Made by a program: the position numbers and the translations under genes
Assembly: GCF_006345805.1 (NCBI RefSeq)
Contig: NC_043000.1
Coordinates: forward strand, 145,080,001-145,144,000
Direction of reading: 5' to 3'
DNA: 64,000 bases
From: Octopus sinensis
Taxonomy: Eukaryota
Notes under the pieces: model-generated
Seen by the model: only the letters and a program-made list of their open reading frames with translations
Databases searched by the model: none
What the model was told of the DNA's origin: nothing
Part shown: piece after piece, positions 53,925 through 64,000 of the stretch
Layout: the number at the start of each line of letters is the position of its first letter
How positions within the stretch are numbered: position 1 is the stretch's first letter

Positions 53925-56900
53925 CGCTTCCTGTAGTCCTACGCAAAGTCAACGCTTGCTATGAGCTGAGAAAGAATGGACCATTTTCAACTACCTTTTC
54001 TCCATGGATGATTTAAAATTGTTCGCAAAAATAGGGCCTGAAATAGAGAGGCTGGTTGAGACTGTACAGATGTGCAGCATGGGTATAGGGATGGAATTCG
54101 GTATCTCGAGGTATCCAGTACTTACTTTGAAACGGTGGTAAAGAGCAGACTGTAGGAATATAGAATTGACAAACCGGGGGAGAATGGAAGACTCACATGA
54201 TGAGGGGCACTAGTACCTTGGGATCCTGGAACTGGGCAAAATCTTGCACAAAGAAATGGAAAACAACGTCATCATTGCATATTCGAAGTTCCTAAAACTC
54301 AACTCAAGAAACCTTGTAAATGCCATCTTGAAATGGACACAAGCGGAGATTAACCACCTAAAGATAGTGAAAATGCACCCTAAAGAAAATGTCACAGGCT
54401 CTACATGAAGAGGTGTAGAAGTTAATGCGGGCTGATTACCGTACGGAATTGCATTAACATTGAAATAATTTTGCATCAACAGTGAATGGATTTTGCAGGG
54501 AATTATTGATAATGGTACACTCCTCCCACGTGACGAATGGAATAACCTAGTCGGTATAAGCAAAGAGAAGCATGTGTAGTACCAGTGTACGTGGTTATTG
54601 GTCAGAGGTAGTCGTGGTTTTACTAAGTATACTGAAGAGGACAGTATAACAACCCGATATTTAAAGGATTACTACAGTGGCGACGAGGATTTAATCAACT
54701 CAAAAGGAATGAATAAACTCGACGATGATTTAAACAACTCACGAATAATTAATAAACTCAACGAGGAATTAACATCATCGGAAGTTAAGAAACTCACAAA
54801 GTTTGGTTGTCTGAATTTTTCGAAAATATATTATCGTAAAAAACATGAATAATTTGTTGGCCCGTTTGCTAGAGTTGCAAAAACAGCAACAACAACAATT
54901 ACTAGTACAGCAACAAATACTACAATTAATGAAATGGTCATGAAATTCAGAAAAAGTGTTCTCGCGAACAGAACATGATCGATACAGCAATTATGGTCAC
55001 CCAAGAAAACCTTCGGTTGTAAAATTTATAGTCATAATAGATATTTTGTGTGAAATTTTTAATGTACAATGCTTATTGTTCAACACACGTGGGAAGTGTC
55101 TGAACACAGACGAAGAATACATCACATATGCTGGTAGAGTAAACAGGGAAGGCGAAAAGCTTAAGCTGGACGAATTACCGCCACATTAATTCAATTACCT
55201 GATTTTTATACAATGACTTACTGCCGAAAACGACGCTGAAGTTGGAACGAGAATTCTTACAAAGCTGGAACAAAACAATGATGTAACCCTACAGCACGTA
55301 TCAGAGGAATGTGAAAGGATAGTCAAAGTAAGGCACGACACAGGAAATTGAACGTAAGTATTATTTCAAAGTAACGCATGTGTGAAATAATCAGGTAAGT
55401 TATAATGTTATTTTTTTAAAAAAACACGACAAAAATCAGGAAATAAAACTATGTTTTACAGGTAGATGTCTACAGGTAAGGAAAAAGTGTCTTTTAAATA
55501 CGTAGATTGCTTTTGTTTTGGAAATGTAAGACATATAAAGAAGCACTGTATAACAAAGATGATAAAACGTTAAAACGAATTGAGGACAATAAACAGCATG
55601 TCATCGGAAGAAATTGGTAATATAACGATAAGAAAATTCGTGATGGTGAAAATCAGAAATACAAGTGTTAAAATGAAATTAGACACTGGTTGTGATATCA
55701 TCCTTTTAAACAAAAATGCTTGGAATTATGCTAGTAAGCTGAAATTAATTAGATATAAAGAGATAGCACATGGTGTTAGGGAAAAAAAATGTATTTTTTT
55801 GCGGTGAATTCGTATGTAACGTAAAATTTCTAGTTCAAACGAAAAAGGCAAAGATATATGTGCAAAAAAGGTCACTTAATATATTCGGCACAGAGTGGAT
55901 GGAACTATTAAAAGTATCGAACAGGCCATAAATTATTTTGTGTGAAGATATAAACTGTTCAGTTGAAGGTTCGAATGCAACTGAGGGACTGAACAAAAAA
56001 TACAGTAAAATGCAGTGGAACATCTGTATGTAAGCCAAAACGATATGAATAATTGCTCACGATAAAAGTATACATTGTTCAAAAGTTAGATGGTCAGTGG
56101 TCGAGAAAACATATCGATTTCGCTGGTCCTTTAAACGGTTCATACTACTTAGTGGTAGTTCGAAGTTTCTCGAAATGTCCTGAAAGTTTTAAGTGTAGAA
56201 CACCGAAGCCCTCAACTGTGATAAATTTTTACACGAATTATTTGCAAGATTTGATATCCTAAACAAGACAGTGTCTGAAAATGGAATGCAAGTCATGTCT
56301 AGCGAATTATAAAAAAAAACATTTGTGATATGTTAGCGGTAGAAGATATAAATATGGCACTATTCCATCCCAGATTTACTGGACAGGTAGAACACTTTGT
56401 CGATATCTTCAAATGAGCCCTCAGAAAATCAAATAGGGTAGGCATGGATGAGGTAGCCCTCATCGTGTGACACCAAATCCGAATACACCAGGAGGTAGAA
56501 TTCCAGCGGAGCTGATGTTTGCAAGGAAAGCAAAATCAGTTTTTGATAAATTGTCTCCTGACAAGAAAAGAAAAAGTGCCAGGGTACACAAAGCAACATT
56601 CTTTAAAGTTTGGGAAAAGGTGTATATAAGGGCATACAAGAATGGAAAGCAGAGATGGGAAGATTGCGTATATACCAAATGCATAGGTAAAATGATGTAA
56701 TGGATGAAAGTAGAAATGGCATAAACAAGAGGCACAGGAAGCAACTGAAAATGTGATTAATGGAATGCATATCAAGGGAGTTGGAGGAAGCGATGGAATA
56801 TATGTACGATAGGTTTCACGTACCAACACCACTGCAGGGGATTTAAGCCAAGGATACAAGTGAGAGGAAAAGAAAACATAGACAGTTCCTGAAAATGCAA

Positions 56901-57560
56901 AACAAAGAAACCAGAAAAGGTGGGCGTGGTGAATAAAAAAGAACATACTTCCTAAATAAAATGATACTTCTTAAGAAAAACTTAAAAGAAGAGATGGAAG
57001 GAATTAATATTAATGGTTCACTCCTATCGCATGACGAATGGAATAACCTAGTCACTATAAGTAAAGAGAAGTACGTGCAATACCAGAGTACCTAGTAGGT
57101 GGTCGGAGATAGACGTGCTTTTACTGGTTTTACTAGGTAAACTCTATACCAAAGTGGGCGTTATAACAATCCAGCATTTAAAAGATTACAACAGAGAAAC
57201 AACAAACAAAACCTGCTACAGTATGCTGCTAATACAGCACGATTTACCAAAACTGGATTTGAGAGTGCTCATGAATTCCGATTAAAAATATCTGAGTGAG
57301 AAGAAACGTTACTCTGCATGAAATTATATGCTCAGTTCCACGGAGAAACTAACGACTTGAAAGTCCAAGAAGGTTCATGGAGCTGGCTCAGCAAGAAAGA
57401 CTTAAAATGAATACTGAATGCCTAATATCGTAGCCTAGGATCTGGCATTGAATACCAACTCAGTGAAAAGGGATATATACCACACAAGTGCAACGACCGT
57501 CAGCAGAATGTGCACTAAGCGGGCTGAATGACGATAGCAGTGTGAACGGGACTGTAACCA
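53925..57560 (+). mobile_element. Degraded R4/Dong-like relic split by a Gypsy insertion
   Basis: MDDLKLFAK, GMEFG and YLGIL relics at 53.97-54.25 kb continue after 57194 with SWSWLSKKDLK..TE and QDLAL.T-like relics. Confidence 0.6.
54494..57193 (+). mobile_element. Old, internally deleted Gypsy-type LTR retrotransposon
   Basis: Diverged LTRs 54494-54676 and 56995-57193 (TG...CA). PBS TGGCGACGAGGAT at 54678-54690. PPT aaaagaagaga before the 3' LTR. gag relic YAGRVNREGEKLKL, protease MKLDTGCDI, integrase WSRKHIDFAGPLNGSYYLVVV. No RT seen. Confidence 0.88.
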
Positions 57561-57689
57561 ATGGTGAAGGTACCGCAGCGGCCCACTGTGCAGAAAGGTG
57601 GGACCGGTCGTAATCCAGCAACTGCTAGCCATGCTACACGACAAAGGTGGAGTAAACAAGTAAACATTATGGTTACAGAGTGTTACTAG

Positions 57690-58670
57690 CGGAGCATATC
57701 AGTGGATGCGAATGGCGTGCCTCTAACAGGGTACAGACAACGAATGCACATTGAATGGAATGCAATGGAACTGTTCGAAATTACTGGACAGAGATTATGT
57801 AACCAAGCATGAGCAATACGAACGAATGGATAGTTAACAGAAGCTATGAGTGGAAATTCGATAAAGATGGGACGAAGAATGGTATAGATAAAAAAAAACA
57901 CCTGAATGTTGTAATTGAAGAAATGAAGAAGTCCATGCATTCAAAAAAGCAAAGCTAACTAGGCTTGAACAACGGATTAAGAAATACCAGCAAAACAAAT
58001 TGTTTTGAACCGTCCCAAAAATATTTCATCAAAAGATTGATGACGATAAAAAACGTGAAAGATTAGCCCCTGATGTTGATGAGAGTCGACTTTCGTGGGT
58101 ATGATTCGGAGTAATCAAGAACAACATATTACAGCTAATTGGCACTGCAGCCTGAAGCAAACAGCTTCTTACACCCATAACCTGATCGCAGAACAATTTA
58201 ATGCATTGATCAATAGAGAATTTGAAATCCCGAGCTGGTTAAGAAAAAGGTAGAACGGTGTTGGGCTTGAAGGATGCATCAAAGGGAAATGTTGCTGAGA
58301 ATTATAGACCAATATCTTGCCTCCCGTTAACGTGTTTGTTACTGTCAGGAGAAAATGCAGGACTATATAAATTTCTTGATGGGAACGATATATTACCGCC
58401 CGAACCAAAAGGCTATAGAAGGAGAGGAGGAGGTACCAAAGATCAACTATTGATAGACAAAATCGTAATGCAAGATTGTAAACGAAGGAGAACAAATCTG
58501 GGAATGGCCTGGTTTGACTATCATAGAGTTCGTGGCATGATTCCATATTCGTTGATCATCGAGTGCTTAGATCTGTTTTGAATTGCGACAACTGTAACGT
58601 GTTTCCTGAAGAGAGGTATGGTGGACTGGAAAACTGAACTGACATCTTACGGAAAAAGCTCGGGCACTCT
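57690..58670 (+). mobile_element. Degraded R4/Dong-like relic (N-terminus and RT start)
   Basis: GYRQRMHIEWN...[38 protein letters not shown]. Confidence 0.8.
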
Positions 58671-58689
58671 GGGTAGGTAGGCATTGTAG

Positions 58690-58961
58690 GTAGGCATTGA
58701 TCTTTGGCTGCTATGATAAACCCTTCTGTTTCCGATTTTAAGCCAGAAGATACTAACCATTGATGGTAAGGGTTTTGTCAACATCGATATTATTAGCTCT
58801 CTTTCGGTATATGACATTGAGTTTTCTTTTTTCGCTATTTATTAGGTTTTCATACGCTTCCTTTATTCTATGCTTGTTTCCAGTACGTCTAATTCTGGGG
58901 CTTGTTGAATGTGGAATTCACTTAGATATTCCTTTGCCTGTTTTGTTACTGAGTATGCTGC

Positions 58962-58962
<1 letters not shown>
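58690..58962 (-). mobile_element. Antisense fragment of the 29.7 kb R4/Dong family
   Basis: Reverse complement aligns to about 32575-32883 (YSVTKQAKEYLSEF...SGLKSETEGFIIAA). Its 5' end abuts (AAT)n. Confidence 0.85.
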
Positions 58963-59018
<56 letters not shown>

Positions 59019-59408
59019 CATCGTCATCATTATTATCATCATCATCATCATCATAATCATGATTTTTATTATTATTAGCATCATCATCAGCAATATTAGT
59101 ACTATCATTATTAATATTAGTATTATTATCATTGTTGTTGTTGTTGTTGTTGTTGCTGTTGTTGTTGTTCCTTCCTTAGTTCGTCCGCGCGTTATGCTTT
59201 TCCTGTTACTTATACGTTTCGATACATAGGAGGGACCAAGAGGAAGTGAGAGAGAAATAGTTAGAGGGTGAGAGAGAAAGAGTGTTTGTGATAGAAAGTA
59301 TGTGTCTGTGTGTGTGAACGTGTGACACTCTCTATATTTATAGATAGACACATTGACCCATATCTATACATATCTATGCCAACATGTTTATACGTGGGTG
59401 TCTATCTT

Positions 59409-59871
59409 TCTATCTATAAACACAAAGAGAATGTCACCCGTTCACACAAAAACCCACACATAAACACACTTTCTATTACCACTCTCTCTCCTTCTCCTTC
59501 TGACTCTGACATTTCTCTCTCACTACCTCTCTGTTCCTCCTCTGTATCGAGAAGTGAATGTAACATCGGAAATTTACTGTGAATATTTCTCTTTGATTTA
59601 ACGTGTGGTTGTATTTATCAATCTCTTGTCTTCTGTGAAACGGAACACAAGTAGATAGATAAATATATCGACACATTGTTAAATCAAAGAGAAATAACCA
59701 CAATAAATTTTCGATGTTACTTTTACTTTTCAATAAAGAGGCGGGACAGAGAAATAGTGATAGAGAAAGAGTTAGAATGAGAGGCAGAGGCAGAGAGAGT
59801 GGAGATAGAATCTGAGTGTGTGTGGTTGTGTGTGTGTGTACGTAAACGTGTGACATTCTGTGTGTGTGTTT

Positions 59872-59880
<9 letters not shown>
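59409..59880. repeat. Imperfect inverted repeat with about 200-bp arms (foldback/MITE-like) and TCTA-rich ends
   Basis: 59409-59602 versus the reverse complement of 59678-59880 share tctatctataaacac, gaatgtcac, ccactctctct, gtaacatcg and atttctctttgatttaac. Confidence 0.8.
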
Positions 59881-59916
<36 letters not shown>

Positions 59917-60469
59917 CAGACATATATATCTATACTTATCTATACATACATGTATAGATATATGTAAACTGTAAATCGGGGATGGTATATTTATCCATAT
60001 ATCTAACGAAGCAAATTTTGAAATTGAAATCAAATGTTTTTCAAATGTAATCTGCTTCGGACAAATATACCTATCTAATAAATTAAATAAATAAAACAAA
60101 TTTTGAAATTGAAATAAAATGTTACTCCAAAGAGATTTTTTCTTTTGCAGGTGCCACTGACTTGCGTGGTTTTCATGGTAACAAGCTACTAATGCCTTAA
60201 TGTCTGTTGATGGGCTAAAATTATCCAAATTTTCAAATTTTAATTCCAGATAACATCGGATACTTAATTTACAAGATAACATAATTACCTTAGAATAATC
60301 AAAATTCAGAACTGCATCGATACATCAAAGTTGCAAACGATCTGAGCAAAATTAAAGGACGCTGATTTTGTGAGTGAAATATAGAAGATCCGAATTGGCT
60401 ATAACAGTCCATTTTTATCAATTTATCGTGTTTGTATACGAATTACTTTTGTGATTATAAATAGCATTC

Positions 60470-61825
60470 ATCATGAAACGGCAACAAAAACAGGAAGCTG
60501 CTCGCGCGAGAATGCGGCTCTACAGAGCGCAGGGAAAGAGCAGAGGCAGGAAACCCTAGAGAGAGAGAGAGAGACAAGCAACGCTAGCAGCTGAGACGAG
60601 CGTCAATGGAGGGTGGACAACGCGGGCAACACCTGCAGCAAGATAGGAAGAGAGAACAAATAAGACGAGAAATTATGAATGTGGAACAGCTTGCACATTA
60701 CCACGAGCAACAGAAAAACTTATTTCAGCAAAGACTAGCGACCATCAATCAACATGACAGGGTTATTTATGAGCAAAACCCAAGGGGAAGCTATCGAGAA
60801 AGAGTTGAAAATATGAATGCTGTTGAAATTGACAATTTAAGGAGGTATCAGATGCAGGGACACCGTGTGAGAAGACATTTTTGTTAATGAATCTGAACAC
60901 TTCAACGTAGAAGAAATGAACATTATACGCGAATACTGTGGTGCTCTTAGGTTTTAAAATGAAAATAACAGTGGTTGCTACAATGGAAAAGTGAACGTGC
61001 CTACATTGCAACCATACCAAGAGACACTAAAAACTTTATTTGAGGGAAACGATCAAGAGTCTGTTTCATTCAGTAGAAATATCACAAATTACAATTATAC
61101 CTTCTCTCTTTGTGTCATTTGGCGTCAAACCGGCAGCACCTTCAGGAAGGGGTCCGTATTGCTTCCAAATTCAGGGCCAAAAAGTTACCACATGACGAAA
61201 AAAACCTGCATCCTGCTAATGATCAACCGCAGTATGACCAGTTATACATCATTGATGCAAATGAAGCTCTGCCGCACAGGATCGATGCACCGCAAAATTT
61301 AGAATGTTCCCCTGTTACTAAGAGAAAAATAAGTGATGTTATCCATCAAATTAATCCTTAAGCAGAATTGTATAAGAACATTCACGCAGTTGAATAACAA
61401 GAAGACTAGAGACCCAGAAGAGACAATGTGCTAATATGGAGTTACGCTTCAGGAGAGGGTTCGATATCAGGCGCTACAATTTCTGTACCAGCAATGAAAT
61501 AGCAGCAGGGTTTGTTGGAGAAAATGGCGCACATCCTGAAAATAGGGACATTATTGTGTATCAGAGGTGCTTCTCTTGAAAAAATATCTTACACGTTATG
61601 CCACTTGGATCCTATGAGCTACCCAATTATGTTACCCCATGGGGCATTTGGCTGGCATTTTGAGATGGCATTGTCCAGGAACGCCGGACACGTGTGTGTA
61701 ATCATCTGACAATGCAAGAATACTAGAGCTATCGTCTTGCATTCAGAGGTGGCTTTAGTGTTATTCAGAGATCGGGAAAATTATTTCAACAGTATGTTGT
61801 GGATGCATATGTCAAAGGCTGAAGG
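60470..61825 (+). pseudogene. Degraded Helitron Rep/Hel N-terminal region
   Basis: YCGALRF, NGKVNVP, GPYCFQIQGQ, PQYDQLYIID, RRYN...NEIAA, LDPMSYPIMLPHG..GW, GKLFQQYVVDAYVK. Confidence 0.88.
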
Positions 61826-62370
61826 CGTAATGATTTAAAGTTGTTTAAATTTCATGAAGATAATTCTACTCAGATACAATATTAAAATGCGATTTTCTTT
61901 CAGTTGATGTATGTTTCGAGTTTATAGTGTTGTTTTCAGCAATCGTAATATCACCAGTTTAAAGTTTCGCAGTTTAACAGGACAATAGAGAGTTTATGTC
62001 ATTTGCTGCGTGCTACATTTATTGTATTCGTAATTATATTTAACCATTGCAAATGCATTATAATATTCTGTAATATCTCAATGATTTGGTGCTGGAAAGT
62101 AACATGATGAAAACTTCATATTAAAAAAAATGAAGATTACTGTTCTAAACATTTCTTCCATAATGTCCAATAAACCACGTTACATTTGCTTTTTTCTCAT
62201 TTTATATTTTATTTTGCTTCTTTTGTGGTAGACGTATCATTGGGTGATGCTGTAGTTACTCTTTGTGGGTATTCTTTAATATATATTTTTTGAGTATTCA
62301 GTTCTAGACCAGTAAGAATGGACTTTTCATATCTCCTATGTTAGAATTTTCAGTATTATTTTTATATATA

Positions 62371-62870
62371 GGGCGGGGAGCAAACAGAATCGGTAGTACG
62401 CCGGGCAAAATGCTTAGTGGCATTTCGTCCTTCGATACCAATTGTTTTCAAATTCCACCGAGGTCTACTTTGCTTTTCATCCTTTAGGGGTCGATAAAAT
62501 AATTACCGATTAAACAGTAGGGTCGCTGTAATCAACTTAACCCTCCCTCAGAATTTCTGGCCTTGTGAAATCAGTATTATTATTGCGTATAGCGTCAATG
62601 CTTCGAACAAAATGCATAACAGCATTTCTTACGATTCCTTACGTTCTGAGTTAAAAATTCCATCTAGTTCGACTAAAGGTCGGATTATAGGCAGAAATAC
62701 GTAGCGGCATTTCATCCGTCTTTACGTTCTTTGTTCAAATTCACCCGGTGTCACCCTTGAGCTTCATCCTTTCGGAATCGAAGAAATAAGAACACATTGA
62801 ATACTGGGATCGATGTAAGCAACTTTACTACTCCAAAATTGTTGGCCTCGTAACAAAATTTGAAAGTCAT
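62371..62870 (+). mobile_element. Cluster of degraded SINE family B copies
   Basis: Repeated cgaggtctactttgcttttcatcctttaggggtcgataaa and cttcatcctttcggaatcga cores, plus tacgttctgagtt. Confidence 0.7.
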
Positions 62871-64000
62871 TTATTTCTAGAGATTTGTATATATTTATTT
62901 TTATTTTGCAGTTGTAATTTCCATGTTTTGTTTCATGTTAACTATCAAGAGATTTAGACTCGTTAATATCCTTTTACTGATCAATTTATTTTATTTTTCG
63001 TCTCTCGTGAAAGCTAACTGTTTTATTTATGGCAATATCAGAGTTTTATTACTGTTATCCGGATCTCTGCAGATAGTTACATTATCATCGAGGATAATTA
63101 AATTGAATGCAATTAAACTAGTATTATCACTTATTCGTTTATTTGCAATAGTCTTCTAAATTTTAAAAGTGGAGGAAAGCCATTGCGGTGTCAGGATATA
63201 TTTTGTGTACACATGAGTAAAATTTATGCTACACCGAAATTTGTGCAATAGTTATCAGTCAATGTAACAAATATTCCTTTGAACTCAAAATCACATATCA
63301 GCAAACCCTCGTCATAATATTCACTGTTATCCTCTAATATTTCGAAGCTATTTTGGATGTTCTAAGAGAAATATTCTATGCAAGATTACTTAGCATAGTG
63401 CTTCGGGGATGAGAACTGTGTGTGTAGCAAAGATTTCCATTATATTTGGGCAAAGGAATGCGTGAGCTATTTTCAAATCCAAGATAAAATCGAGAAAATT
63501 TACCTATTTATTATGTCATCTGAAGGATTTAGGTGATAATATTTAAAGAAGGGCTATAGTGTGTTAGAAATTTCCTTGGGGTAGAAAAATTAATGTTAAC
63601 TACTGCTAATGGTGTGTCATCCTGTTATAATCCGTTAAACTGTACTGAACATTTTAAGGTAAAATTATGATGCTGATTTTTTCTTTAATAACATGTATGA
63701 TTTGTTAAGAAGAATGAATGTAAACGAAATGTAATATATATGCATATTAAAATGATCAAACATTTTTGGTTTTTGATATTTTGTGGGGTAGGGGTTTTCA
63801 ACGAAACACGTAATGTATTATTGTCCTCCATGGTGAAGGTTTCATTTTCTTGTATTCGGGGATGTTTTCTTTTCTAGTAATTGTTTGTGAATTCGAGGGA
63901 CATATCAGCCTTCTACAAAGTGTATCAAGGTTCTTTTTGCATCTTATAAGATTATATAAATATTTCATATCATATATAATTTCTGAAGGCGTACAGGAAG

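Noticed and set aside
59476-60282. 268-aa minus-strand ORF
   Set aside because: Runs through TCTA, CA and CT repeats and the inverted repeat; low complexity, no domain.

Overview
AT-rich, microsatellite-dense animal genomic DNA. The SINE families and repeat landscape suggest an octopod cephalopod (inference). No host protein-coding gene could be supported; almost all listed ORFs are simple-repeat artefacts or transposon relics. The window is a nested TE mosaic containing: a near-intact R4/Dong-clade RLE retrotransposon (about 29.55-33.7 kb) plus several relics at (AAT)n; two Tx1/L1-like copies bounded by (GATA)n; CR1-group LINE fragments; a Penelope-like (PLE) relic; an internally deleted Gypsy element with a tRNA-Ser(GCT) PBS; Helitron pieces; Academ-like relics; and two tRNA-derived SINE families whose 3' tails match local LINE 3' ends. 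The most interesting signal is non-coding: type I hammerhead ribozyme (HHR) motifs in or near (TA)n tracts. These include two identical canonical HHRs 496 nt apart (retrozyme-like) and a variant with a compensatory G3-C8 core swap inside a 271-bp palindrome. All assignments were made by eye, and boundaries of degraded elements are approximate.
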